Shown here: piece by piece, positions 40,901 to 53,304 of the stretch
Layout of the letters: every line of letters begins with the position of its first letter
Numbering within the stretch: the first letter of the stretch is position 1
Source: Macrostomum lignano
Taxonomy: Eukaryota
Direction: 5' to 3'
DNA length: 64,000 nt
Assembly: GCA_002269645.1 (NCBI GenBank)
Contig: NIVC01001834.1
Coordinates: forward strand, 62,001 to 126,000
The notes under the pieces: model-generated
Told to the model about the DNA's origin: nothing
Databases searched by the model: none
The model's input: only the letters and a program-made list of their open reading frames with translations
Made by a program: the position numbers and the translations under genes

Positions 40901-43900
40901 CAGGCCACTGTAAATCTACTTGGATATCTGTAGAATCTACTTGGATATCTGTAGAATCTACTTGAATGTCTGTAGAATCTACTTGTATATCTGTAGAATC
41001 TACTTGGATAGCTGTAGAATCTACTTGGATATCTGTAGAATCTACTTGAATGTCTGTAGAATCTACTTGGATATCTGTAGAATCTACTTGGATATCTGTA
41101 GAATCTACTTGGATATCTGTAGAATCTACTTGTATATCTGTAGAATCTACTTGGATATCTGTAGAATCTACTTGGATATCTGTAGAATCTACTTGGATAA
41201 CTGTAGAGTCTACTTGGATATCTGTAGAATCTACTTGGATATCTGTAGAATCTAATTGGATATCTATAGAATCTACTTGGATATCTGTAGAGTCAACTTT
41301 GTTATCTGTAGAATCTACTTGGATAGCTGTAGAATCTACTTGGATAGCTGTAGAATCTACTTGGATATCTGTAGAATCTACTTGGATAGCTGTAGAATCT
41401 ACTTGGATGTCTGTAGAGTCAACATGGATATCTGTAGAATCTACTTGGATATCTGTAGAATCTACTTTAATATCTGTAGAATCTACTTGGATATCTGTGG
41501 AATCTACTTGAATGTCTGTAGAATCTACTTGGATATCTGTAGAATCTACTTGGATGTCTGTAGAGTCAACTTAGATATCTGTAGAATCTACTTGGATGTC
41601 TGTAGAGTCAACTTAGATATCTGTAGAATCTACGTGGATATCTGTAGAATCTACTTGGATATCTGTAGAATCTACTTGGATATCTGTAGAATCTACTTGT
41701 ATATCTGTAGAATCTACTTGGATATCTGTAGAGTCTACTTGGATATCTGTAGAATCTACTTGGATATCTGTAGAATCTAATTGGATATCTATAGAATCTA
41801 CTTGGATATCTGTAGAGTCAACTTTGTTATCTGTAGAATCTACTTGGATAGCTGTAGAATCTACTTGGATAGCTGTAGAATCTACTTGGATATCTGTAGA
41901 ATCTACTTGGATAGCTGTAGAATCTACTTGGATGTCTGTAGAGTCAACATGGATATCTGTAGAATCTACTTGGATATCTGTAGAATCTACTTGAATATCT
42001 GTAGAATCTACTTGGATATCTGTAGAATCTACTTGAATGTCTGTAGAATCTACTTGGATATCTGTAGAATCTACTTGGATGTCTGTAGAGTCAACTTAGA
42101 TATCTGTAGAATCTACGTGGATGTCTGTAGAATCTACTTGGATGTGTGTAGAATCTACGTGGAAATCTGTAGAATCTACTTGGATGTCTGTAGAATATAC
42201 TTGGATATCTGTAGAATCCACTTGGATATCTGTAGAGTCTACTTGGATATCTAAGTAGATATCTATAAGTAAAATCAGAAATATTCCACGAGTAGATTTT
42301 GCTTCCCTTTGTCATAAAAAAGTTGTAATCTGCTCTCGTTACCAAGGTCGAATGGCTGCGTGATAACTACGAAACAGCCGAAGGCGTCTCCTTGCCGAGA
42401 TCTACTCTCTACAATCATTACCTGCGCCATTGTCAGGAGCAGAAAATCGATCCCATGAATCCGGCCAGCTTTGGCAAGTTAATCCGATCCGTATTTGTCG
42501 GATTGCGCACTAGGCGACTGGGTACTCGGTAAGCAACCGGCCAGTTACCAACAGCCAGTGGCAATCGGTTTTAAGATAGTAACTATATTGTTTTTATTAC
42601 CAATTTTTTGTTCCAGCGGCAACTCCAAGTATCACTACTATGGCATTAGGATTAAGCCGGAATCGACGTTGAATCAAATCACTGAGGATAACAGCATGTT
42701 TCGTCGGTATAGGCCGGATGCTATGGCTAGGTGAGTTTTTTTCTGTTTCGCGATGATTTTTCGCCTTGGCAATGATTTAACAAGATGATTCTACCATCGC
42801 CTGTGGAAGATAGCAGAAGTCGATTAATAAGGATTCAAAGGGGCAATTGAGGATTCTATAGACCACCTGAGGAAAGCAGAAGTCATTTAAGGATAGTAGG
42901 AGGTCATCCGAGGATTAAGAGGTCACCTGAGTATAGCTGGGGTCATCTGGGGATAAAGAGGTCACCTGGGGATAGCTGGGGTCATCTGGGGATAAAGAGG
43001 TCACCTGGGGATAGCTGGGGTCATCCGGGAATAAAGAGGTCACCTGGGGATAGCTGGGGTCATCTGGGGATAAAGAGGTCACCTGGGGATAAAGAGGTCA
43101 CCTGGGGATAGCTGGGGTCATCTGGGGATAAAGAGGTCACCTGGGGATAGCTGGGGTCATCCGGGAATAAAGAGGTCACCTGGGGATAGCTGGGGTCATC
43201 TGGGGATAAAGAGGTCACCTGGGGATTGCTGGGGTCATCCGGGAATAAAGAGGTCACCTGGGGATAGCTGGGGTCATCTGGGGATAAAGAGGTCACCTGG
43301 GGATAAAGAGGTCACCTGGGGATAGCTGGGGTCATCTGGGGATAAAGAGGTCACCTGGGGATAGCTGGGGTCATCTGGGGATAAAGAGGTCACCTGGGGA
43401 TAAAGAGGTCACCTGGGGATAGCTGGGGTCATCTGGGGATAAAGAGGTCACCTTGGGATAGCTGGGGTCATCTGGGGATAAAGAGGTCATCTGAGGATAG
43501 CTGGGGTCATCTGGGGATAAAGAGGTCACCTGGGGATAGCTGTGGTGAAAGGTCATTTGGGGATAAAGAGGTGGGTCTATGAAAAATTTTCGGAAGTTTT
43601 CCCGCCGAAGGTTGCCCGCGCGAGCTTTTTCCGCGGCGAGGTTTTCCTGCAGAGTTTTACAGTCGAAATTTCAAGTCAAATCCAGTCTGAAGACAATGCT
43701 GGACTAGATTAGAACTAGGCTAGACTAGACTAGGCTAGGCTAGACTAGACATATACTAGACTAGATTAAAAACTATACTAGTTTAGAACTAGACTAGATT
43801 TCAAATCCGATTGGATTTGACTTGAAATTTCGACAGGAAAAACCCTGCAAGAAAACCTCGAACGCGAGAAAAGCTCGGCGGGAAAACCTCCTGCGGGAAA

Positions 43901-46900
43901 TACTTCTGCTCCCAAAGAAGTCACTGGAGGATGAAAAGGTCATTTAAGGATAGCAGGGCAGGGGGTCATCTGAGTATAGCAGGGGTCATCTAAGGATAAC
44001 AGGGAGTTATCTGAGGATAGAGGTCATCTGAGTATGAAAAGGGCATCTGAGCATAGTAAGGATTAGGAATCAATACTGAAAAAGTCGTCGTAGATTCCTA
44101 GAACCAATGGAGAAGATATCCTATTATCCTTACAGATTCAAAGGCCCCTCCAAGATGGAGCCGGGCACAGATTACGGGCACTCAGGCGGCGGCGGCAGCC
44201 AATCGGCCTCCTTAATAGACGACCCGTCTCAGCACGCGCAATTCCTTGGCGACGCCAGTTCGGCTCTGCCCGTATTTAATCAGATATTGGTTAGTCACAC
44301 CCGCCTGCCAGACGGCATCAGTCACCGGGATGTGTCCGCATTTCAAGAGCTCTACGTTGAACATTGCGAAGGCATATTAGATACCGTAGTTAATTTGCAA
44401 TTCCAAATGGTTGAGAAAGTCTGGCTGCAGTTCTGGCGGAAAGTTGATTACAAGTGAGTCATGCAAACCCGGAAATTAATCTAATCTATTTGCCAGTATC
44501 TGTTACTTATTATACTACTCATCTTGATTAATTTGTCAGTAGTCTGTACCGAACAGACCAATTTTCCTGTATTTAATTTTTTCCAGTGCGTACGAATCTA
44601 AACTGCCGCATCAGAAGCTGCTAGCACTGTGCGAGTTGGATTGCGTACAAAATTTCGTCCGTGAATCAGACTACGCCTTCTATCAGAGCTTAGTAGAGGT
44701 GCTCATACCCAACGTATTGCGGCCTATTCCCAGTACTCTGACTCAAGCGATAAGAAATTTTGCTAAATCGTTAGACGCCTGGCTACGTCGAGCACTTGAA
44801 GGCGTGTGCGAACCAATGGCCGAGTTAAAACTAATTGCTCTGAATGCGTTTGCGCAGACTCTTCGACGTTACACCAGTCTGAATCATCTGGCTCAGGTAG
44901 GTCTTTGTACTGATTAGCTGGCGAGGCATTTCGGTTATAGTTACTCCTACTGATTACTCCCATTTGTTTTAGGCTGCCCGAGCTGTCCTCGGCAACGCCG
45001 CCCAGATTGCTCAAATGTTGACGGATTTAAATCGCGTAGACTTTGCCAATGTGCAGGAACAGGCCAGCTGGGTGTGCCACTGCAGCCAGGCTGTTGTAGC
45101 CCAGGTTGAGGCCGATTTTAAAAAGATTCTCCAGGAGGGCAGCTCGCTTGAACAATGGGCCGATTGGCTTGAATCTGTGGTCACTTCTGTGCTAGGAGAG
45201 CACGAGGATTCTGATTTACTGGTGAGTGCTGTGCTCTGCTTACTGACTTAGGGCCAGTAATCTGAACTTATGAACTAAGTCATAAGCCTTCATGTGCCCC
45301 TAAGAAGTATTTATATGAAAATGTTATTTACCTTTTTGATACTCATTTTTGGTTTGAAAAAATTGGCCATGCAGGACAAATTCTGGATGTAGCTTAGGGG
45401 TTCGGGTTTGTAGCCTAGTGGTTAGGGGCGGGGGTGGTAGCCTAGGGATTAGAGGGCGGGGGTTGTAGCCTAGGGATTAGAGGGCGGGGGTTGTAGCCTA
45501 GGGGGCGGGGGTTGTAGCCTAGGGGGCGGGGGTTGTAGCCTAGGGGGCGGGGGTTGTAGCCTAGGGGTTAGGGGGCGGGGTTGTAGCCTAGGGGTTAGGG
45601 GCGGGGGTTGTAGCCTAGGGGTTAGGGGCGGGGGTTGTAGCCTAGGGGTTAGGGGCGGGGATTGTAGACTAGGGGTTAGGGGGCGGGGGTTGTAGCCTAG
45701 GGGTTAGGGGGCGGGGGTTGTAGCCTAGGGGTTAGGGGCGGGGGTTGTAGCCTAGGGGTTAGGGGCGGGGATTGTAGACTAGGGGTTAGGGGCGGGGGTT
45801 GTAGCCTAGGGATTAGAGGGCGGGGGTTGTAGCCTAGGGTTAGGGGGCGGGGGTTGTAGCCTAGGGGTTAGGGGGCGGGGGTTGTAGCCTAGGGATTAGA
45901 GGGCGGGGGTTGTAGCCTAGGGGTTAGGGGGCGGGGGTTGTAGCCTAGGGGTTAGGGGGCGGGGGTTGTAGCCTAGGGATTAGAGGGCGGGGTTGTAGAC
46001 TAGGGGTTAGGGGGCGGGGATTGTAGCCTAGGGGTTAGGGGCGGGGGTTGTAGCCTAGGGGTTAGGGGCGGGGGTTGTAGCCTAGGGGTTAGGGGCGGGG
46101 GTTGTAGCCTAGGGGTTAGGGGCGGGGGTTGTAGCCTAGGGGTTAGGGGTGGGGTTGTAGCCTAGAGGTTAGGGGCGGGGGTTGTAGCCTAGGGGTTAGA
46201 GCGTCGGACTCACGACTGGAATGTCGTGGTTCGATTCCCGATCCCACTGGAATAATTTGTGTCCTTGAGCAAGACACTTAACTCTGCATTGCTTCAGCTC
46301 ACCCAGCTGTAAAATGGGTGCCAGCATTACCTGGAGTAATTGAGGGTGTGTGTGGCGACCCCCCCCCCCAGTCCTTGGACTGAACAGCCGTACGCAGCCT
46401 TCAGATGTGCCGCGCAATAGGGACGATGTCGCTGAATGCGTTGCATCAGGATGCCCCACAGCCCTCCTGCGATTAATTTACTTTTATCAAATTTATCACA
46501 CCACGCATTAGTCGGCAGTCGTTAGTTCAATTCAATCTACAAAGTGTGTCAATGGTATCCTGAGTTTTTACGATCAAGAACCTTTTTACTTTGTATCTGG
46601 GGCCATGTATACTCAGCAACATTGAGAAGTCGCCAGCCTTTGCCCCAGTGAGCAGTGTCTTTCGATCAGCGTCTATCACCTGGCCAACCATTTTGATATT
46701 AAAAAATCTTGAAAAACAATGAAAACCGGGCAGAAGCTTCAATCCATCCAATCTTCGCCCTCGAATCGCGTGGCGCAAGTTAGCGTCACTGACACCCAAA
46801 AGTCCACACTGAGCTGGAATTTACTGCGCACTCTCAAAGGTGGCGACTTTTTAATGTTGTTGAGTATATGTATTTCATTCAGTTCTAATGCAAGATCAAT

Positions 46901-47747
46901 AGGGAATCGATAATTGATCGACCGTAATTAACATAATGCCCAGGTTCGAGCGGCTCGCCACTTCCTGCTAAAATGGAGCTTCTACGCTTCCCTAGTGATT
47001 CGAGATCTGACATTGCGCTCGGCGGCCAGTTTCGGCAGTTTCCATCTAATCCGCCTACTATTCGATGAGTATATGTTTTACTTAGTTGAGCACAAAGTGT
47101 CCGACTATTTGGCATTGAGCCCGGTGGCCGTAATGGCCGAGCTGGGCAGACAGCCCGATCCGTCGGAGCTGCCGGACACTCGCGCCTATCAGCCTGGTAG
47201 CGGCATGGGCGGAGGCGGCGGCTCTTCATCCTCATTGCCCAGTCCAGTTGGCGGCGGTAAAGATGCCGGTGCCGCTGATGCAGCCTCTGCCGCTGCCGCC
47301 TCCGAGCCGCCATCGATTCGCGTACCGCCGAAGCCGCATCTGTCTGGCAGTTTCACCTCCTCGATGCTCAATTTAACCGCCGAATCTGCCGGCAGCCCGC
47401 CGCCAATTCAAGGCGCAGCTGCCGCCGCCGCCGCTGCCGCAGGAGCGTCTGCTTCTAGTGCAGCAACTTCAACGTCTGTTGCTTCTACTTCTACAGTAGC
47501 GCCGATTGCTATTCCTACTCAACAGCTGGCTGCCGGTGCTGCTGCTGCTGCTGCTGCTCCATTCCAAGTGACCGTGTCGCTGCAGCCTGGCATTGCTACT
47601 AGGCTTGGCCCGCCCGTGCCCGCTTCGCATCAGCACCACCAGCAGCACCAGGCCATTGCCATCCCAGCCGACCAGCAGCATCAGATGCAGCAGCAGCAGC
47701 AACATCAATCAGATAATAGCGCGGTTAAGCGACTAAAACTTGAATAA
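37998..47747 (+). CDS. RFX: RFX1/2/3 (DAF-19)-type transcription factor. Exons 37998-38117, 38840-38936, 39015-39189, 40541-40622, 40742-40879, 42347-42528, 42617-42730, 44136-44453, 44587-44896, 44973-45221, 46944-47747
   Basis: DNA-binding domain [38 protein letters not shown]...[37 protein letters not shown]; B/C regions; dimerisation domain LLKWSFY...[32 protein letters not shown]. All introns are GT-AG with matching phases. Confidence 0.95.
38285..38620 (-). mobile_element. Second dispersed repeat family, probably a tRNA-related SINE, copy 1
   Basis: Clear similarity to 52535-52840 (ccctggcacactt...ggcattact.cccatt...ggccattaattgcac...gtgactgcacttgga), with a B-box-like ggttca.ttcc on the minus strand. 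Confidence 0.55.
39250..40270 (+). repeat. Polypurine GA-rich compound minisatellite (gacggagagtgagtgggagacagagagagggga variants) in an RFX intron
   Basis: Units are directly visible; the overlapping ORFs are artefacts. Confidence 0.95.
40890..42255 (+). repeat. 21-bp minisatellite (ttggatatctgtagaatctac), about 64 copies, starting at an RFX splice donor
   Basis: Units are directly visible, with a higher-order duplication of about 525 bp (41256 vs 41781). Confidence 0.97.
42920..43570 (+). repeat. 39-bp (19+20) G-rich minisatellite (gggatagctggggtcatctggggataaagaggtcacctg), with decayed copies to about 44060
   Basis: Units are directly visible. Confidence 0.93.
43591..43908. mobile_element. 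Foldback MITE with about 95-bp inverted arms and a (CTAGA)n core
   Basis: The left arm ending gtcgaaatttcaagtcaaatcca is mirrored by tggatttgacttgaaatttcgac and onward in the right arm. Confidence 0.75.
45405..46197 (+). repeat. About 27-bp G-rich minisatellite (gggggttgtagcctaggggttaggggc), about 29 copies, derived from the SINE A-box head
   Basis: The first unit reads gtagcctagtggttagg, and the last unit runs directly into agcgtcggactcacgac of the SINE. Confidence 0.9.
46180..46420 (+). mobile_element. CORE-SINE with complete tRNA-like head (A-box tagcctag.ggttaga, B-box ggttcgattccc)
   Basis: Head, CORE domain and the shared 3' body are visible. Confidence 0.88.
46612..46864. mobile_element. 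TA-flanked MITE (Tc1/mariner-type), copy 1; TIR ctcagcaacattga(a)aagtcgcc
   Basis: Inverted termini with TA on both sides; a second copy lies at 50713-50981. Confidence 0.75.
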
Positions 47748-47999
47748 GTTTTACCTATTATTGTTTATTAATATTGATATTAATAACAGAGTTTTCTCTG
47801 CACTGGATTGATGGATTGGTTGGACTTGAATTGGTACTTGTGTTTTAAGGAAACTGCTGTAACCTTTTTGAAGCAAGTACCAAGAGTTTATTATGCAAAG
47901 AATATCATCAGAACAAGGACCAATACCGCAACCAAGTGCAGATAAAAGTCGCTAAATCAGTTTGTTATCCTAGAGATATGCTTTTAGAAAGATACACTA

Positions 48000-48439
48000 C
48001 ACCTTTTTGCGTTCTATTTCGATAAAACTGCATTCAATTTCGGCAGTCAGCGCCTCGTGCCACAGACTGTCTATGAAAATAGACTCATCTAAAGCCATAA
48101 CTGATTTTCAATTTCGGCAAACTGCACCCAATTTCGACAGCGCCGATCTAGGGGGGGAATAAAGACAGAAAAGAGGGATTTGGAGTACAGTTAAGGTGTA
48201 ATTGAATTGGTGTAATTAAGGTGTACCTTAATTACCTAAAGTGTACCTATAGCGCGCGAAGGAAAACAAATCGATAAGCCAGAAACATTTGCACAGTATG
48301 TACAAATTAAATTACTTGTGCAGACTCTAAGAAATCCCTCTTTTCTGTCTTTATTCCCCTTTTAGATTGGCGCTGCCGAAATTGAATGCAGTTTGCCGAA
48401 GTTGAAAGCAGTTTTATCGAAATAGAACGCAAAAAGTTG
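48000..48439. mobile_element. TA-flanked palindromic MITE with about 120-bp inverted arms, just downstream of the RFX stop codon
   Basis: cacctttttgcgttctatttcgataaaactgc and ggaataaagacagaaaagagggattt are both mirrored in the right arm. Confidence 0.8.
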
Positions 48440-48588
48440 TATACGAGTATGGGTCAGTTTTTCAATTAATCAACTAGCTACCTTCTACAATAGGCGTCTG
48501 TTTGAAGTTTTCTTTGTTCCTACAAATTATCGGTAAATTTTTCTAATCTTCAACATGTCCTTGGATATTCACAACACTTCGTAAGCCG

Positions 48589-48813
48589 CAGGGCTCGGCA
48601 AACTCCGGCCCGCAAAGCCTCTCCCTCGGGTGCTTTGAAACTTCACAATAGCAATCCAACCTGATCAAGGTCCATGTCTCTTGTCAGCTCCCTTCTCTCT
48701 AATCTCTTCTCTCTTCTCTATTCTTCTCCTGATCTCTCCCCTCCTCTAGCTCGCAGTCCTGCGCTAGGTTCTCTACCTGGCCATTCTATGGTAAAAAACG
48801 TTTCCCAACCCCT
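48589..48813. mobile_element. hAT-like MITE with CT-rich core, copy 2
   Basis: cagggctcggcaaactccggcccgc...gtttcccaacccct, similar to 26385 and 56180. Confidence 0.6.
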
Positions 48814-50712
48814 ATTGTAAGGTATTAATGAAACCTCGTTATGTATATAATATTTAATATATTTGTGTGCGGTTTTCCTTACTAGCCTTTCTGCTATACA
48901 TGTAAGTAGAATAGATGTACATAGACTTCCTACTGTACGTAGCTGCCACCCTGCTGTGACATCATACCTGAATTGCAGATATGTAGCCAATTTTACTCTC
49001 TGCTCGCACAAAACTGTTTTTGTTGAAAAATTACGGAACAGATTTTCTGTTCTTGGCATTTTATTTTATATATTGTAATTAAATCTCTTTCCTTTGTTTC
49101 TGTCCCTAGACCGCAGACTTGAATACTATTGTTATTATTACTAATATTATGATCATTTTTTACGACACCTAGCCGTCCCGTCCTAAAGCACTGTGTGTAC
49201 TTTAATTCCATTCTACCGTTCGTACAAGTACTGCTAGCCTAGCATTATTGTTTGATTATTTTCTTAATTTCATATTTCATTTGTTTGATAGTTTGATCAG
49301 TAGTGGCGGTTCGAGTTGGATTCGAGTTCGACTTTTGCGTAACCTTTTCTAGGTAGCCAAGATGTTATCGCAGCTAACAGTTTCAATCGGTTGAATTCCT
49401 AAAGCTTCGTTGCCTTTAGTTAATAATATAGTTATGTATGATTCGTGTAGATCTATTAAGTAAATTTGATTATTTTTATTAAGGGACTCGCGTTTGATTT
49501 ATATTGTATAATTATAAAATATGTTCTGCTTTTGCGAGTCTTGCCTCAAGGCTGGCTTATAGTTTTACATAAGGCATTCCTTCCGGCGGCTATGCGCTTT
49601 GTTAAAATTGATATTTTATTATTTAAATTTTTTTGTCTGGCCATATTCTTTTTCTAAATCCCGCTGGTTTTGTGTTTGATTTGAAGAAAGTTGAACAAAT
49701 TAGCCAGTTTACTAATGTTTAATGTATAATAATAATAATAGGCCACCGTCTGTAACTATCGAATTTTCCTCGCTTTCAACTTCTGGCTTCTGCAATTTCA
49801 TTTTTGCCTGTACATGAAATTATTGTTTTTGTAATGAATTGATTTGCAAATTACCAAGCATTGGCGTTCCTTGTTTGTTTGATTATATTTTTTTCTTTCT
49901 TTGTCTTTGTTGTTCGCTCACATCTCCAATACAATTACTCGTAGCTCCAAATTGTAACCTGTAGCTTATGTTCTTATTGCAACAGTGCGTTCCCTTCAGT
50001 GTTTCAATTTCGATCATTCTTTTACAACTTTGTGCTGCAACTTTTGTTCAGCTATGCTAATTGCATGGCAATATAAGTGCACTTTGTTTTAATTTACTTC
50101 GTTATTAAGGTACCAAAACTGAAAATATACTGCTGCTATTTTGGCTAAACTTATTTGCGGCCTTGTTGCGGTATCTAGATGGGAAACGAACAATTAAAAA
50201 AGTATAAGCTTATTAAATTTTTCAATAAAATACCAAAGTACTACTAGTCGAGTATGTCATATGGCAACCGTATGGTGCCGCAACGCAAGTGAGCAATTGA
50301 AATGGGTCGGTCCGTTGTGGCTGGGTTAGTTGCAACAACAATCATCTGATTTGCTTCAACCACGCAATGTCGTTAAAACATGAAGACTTATGTACTACTT
50401 AACTTAACTTAAGTAGCCTATACGTCAGTCATTCTCCTCCCATTAGAAAAGTAGGTGGCCTAGTAGTTTCTTTTAAAAAAGTTGGGAGGAAAAGCGTCTG
50501 GTTTTTGTTTATTTGCTAAAAAGGGTTGTACTTTTTATTTTGTTAGGTAATCCAGACAAAAATCTAAAAAAACTACCAAAATTAAAAATTAAAACCTATT
50601 TTGTTTTTTTACAAGCTTTTTTCTAATTGTTTCCCGGAAATATCAACGAGCGGTTTTCTATGACAACAGTTCAAGTGAAGACATAAACTTTAAAGAACAC
50701 CACATCCATATA

Positions 50713-50981
50713 CTCGGCACCATTGAAAAGTTGCCACTCTATGCGCCAGTGAGCAATTTCTCTTTGACTTTTTTGAACTAAAAGATACGAGAAAACTGAT
50801 CGGGGTAGCTTTTATCAGTTCAACCCTGGCACACCGCACCCCGCCCAACTTCATTCCTCAACCCATTACCCAAGTAGCGAAGTTGCGTCACTTGCAAAGA
50901 TTCAGAGACTTTACCTGCACTCTCAATAGTGGCGACCACAGATGAAATCTTCTGTGAGGGCGACTTTTCGATGTTGCTGAG
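50713..50981. mobile_element. TA-flanked MITE, copy 2 (same family as 46612-46864)
   Basis: ctcggcaccattgaaaagttgcc...ggcgacttttcgatgttgctgag with TA flanks. Confidence 0.72.
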
Positions 50982-51796
50982 TATATACTAACACGAGCAA
51001 AACTTGAAACTAAATCTACAAATGTAGGAAAGATGAAAGAAGAATTATTGGCGATCCTGAAGATTCCCGCGTTTAATTATTTTACGGAATTATTTCGCCC
51101 TCTATTCAAGGGTGGTGGGGGGGGGTGGGGGTTATAATTAAACGCGGGAAACTAAGAAATCGCCGAATTATTATTAAAATATATTATGTAGGCCGGGCCC
51201 TATTGTTTTATACTAATTTTTTAAATTGGAATAGGCCTATTCTTGTGCAATGCGCCCTGTTGCACATGTATGAGTTGGCACTATTAAGTGGTAAGAGAAA
51301 AATCAAGTGGATATTAATGAATGAAAGACATCTCAGACTAAGTGTCTAAATAGATAATAATAAGTGGCAAGCCTAGGTCTTTATAATTCACTTATTTCCT
51401 ATGAGTAATAATTAGAGAAATATATGCTAAAAGATACTATATTAGAGTTGTATTATTTTAGGTCCCTATATTATAATCATTCCTTTGGCTTTAGCTTTTA
51501 TTATAGCTTCACTAATAGATATTTATTTACTATATTAAGCATGTAGCCTAACACATTAGGTTAGACGAGATCTCAATCTTGATCTTGAGATCTGAGATCT
51601 TGGGGGTTTTCTCAAATCTCAATCTTGACTTCATGATCTCAAAAAATGTTGAGATTTGAGATAAAAAACAAATGTTTGTAAAAACATTTCAATCTATAAA
51701 AAGCATGTAGCATCATATCATAGAGCCTAATAGTGTCATGTCAACTTCAATACTTTGTTTAAATTTTGTATGTTACAAAGAATGTATAGTTTATAG

Positions 51797-52222
51797 CAGG
51801 GGTCTCCAACCTTCTATAGGCAGAGGGCCGCATTGACAACTGGCTTAGGGTGTGCAGGCCGCATGCTAATACACAAACATAACGGCCAACCTCCTTTGCC
51901 TTGAACCATATTGATATTAGCTAGCATTCTTTCCTACTTTTCATTTCAAATCTTGACTGCGTGTACATTTATGCACTAGAAGTAGCTAAAATAGCAATCC
52001 AAATGAATTGAAGCATCGCTTCTAGCAGTGGGGAGGGTAAGAGATTTCTGGGAATATTTTCAATATAGCTAGGAAAATTTTAACATTTTTGGGGGCCGCA
52101 GTGAAATCCAGTGATAGACTTGGCAGGCCGCATATAATGCAAACTACTAGAAGGTGCCGCGGGCCACAAAAAAGGGCTTGCGGGCCACATGCGGCCCATG
52201 GGCTGCAGGTTGGGGACCCTTG
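51797..52222. mobile_element. hAT (Charlie-like) MITE, nested
   Basis: TIR caggggtctccaacct / aggttggggacccttg with a perfect 8-bp TSD gtttatag. Confidence 0.9.
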
Positions 52223-52534
52223 GTTTATAGCATAAAGATGGTTAGCTTCCATTAGAAAATGCATGCTTGTTTTGAATAGTATATTTACTATTATAAATTT
52301 ATTGGTAATATAACTGCATTTCTGCTTGAAACAATTAATGTTCCAGCAATTCATTGGCTACTTGAAGCTGACAGTCCAAGATCAATACTCAACATATGAC
52401 ATTGACGGTTTCTTTTGTCTTGCCAGTTTGTTGGTTGGTACTGGTAGCTTATATCTGCTGGGAATATTTAATGTGTAATCTGGCTATTTCAATGAGTTGT
52501 ATTTTTTGCTAACAATTTTTTATTAGAGGCAAGG

Positions 52535-52840
52535 GGGTTGTGTGCACCCTGGCACACTTTAAGCGACATAGGCATACAAATGGTAAGAGGCATTACTACC
52601 CATTCCACTGACTTCCCTGAGCAGGCATACAAGTGCGTAGATATATATGCAGGCATACACACAGGAGTGTATAGCGGCCCTAACTTTATATTATTGTTAG
52701 GCATGTACACTTCACTGCGCCTTGGGCAGTTGGCTCTCAAGGCCATTAATTGCACGAGCAGAGCCAAGCCGAGATTCCAATTCAGCCCCAAATTAATGTG
52801 ACTGCACTTGGAAGTGAACCTGGGTCGCTGGCACATTTGC
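52535..52840 (-). mobile_element. Second SINE-like family, copy 2, nested
   Basis: Similar to 38285-38620. Confidence 0.55.
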
Positions 52841-53304
52841 TGACAATGGTTGGCAATACTTTGTTTTACTGGGTTGGCAATACTTTATGTAACATTTTTA
52901 ATTCTATAGCTTCGGAGATGGTTCTTGGGAGCTTGTCTAATAGACCTACTGCTTGCAAGTTCATTTTTACAATGCTCTATTAAAGAATGCTTCCTGCCAG
53001 ATCTTGAACTGCATTTAGCCTAAGTACCATGTTTTCTCACAAGATCATATCTTCTAAAATCAAAAGCCACCTCACCTGATCCATTACTTTGTTATCAGTT
53101 GTAAGCAAATATTATACTACTGCCAACCATGTTTGAGAGAAAAAATACAAATAGTCCAATAATCGGCCAGTTGTCATCAATAAATCAAGGTTTCTATTTT
53201 AATATGTACTTTATTTTAGTGTTTGGCCTTATTTCAGATATTAAATATTTTTTGTTGTTCCACCATATGTCTCAAATCTCGATTGAATCTCAAATATCTC
53301 AAAG

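Noticed and set aside
39357-42345. Multiple repetitive ORFs ([20 protein letters not shown])
   Set aside because: Stop-free frames of intronic satellites within RFX.
45405-46197. Interstitial telomere (TTAGGG-containing)
   Set aside because: TTAGGG occurs only within a 27-bp unit traceable to the SINE head, not as hexamer tandems.
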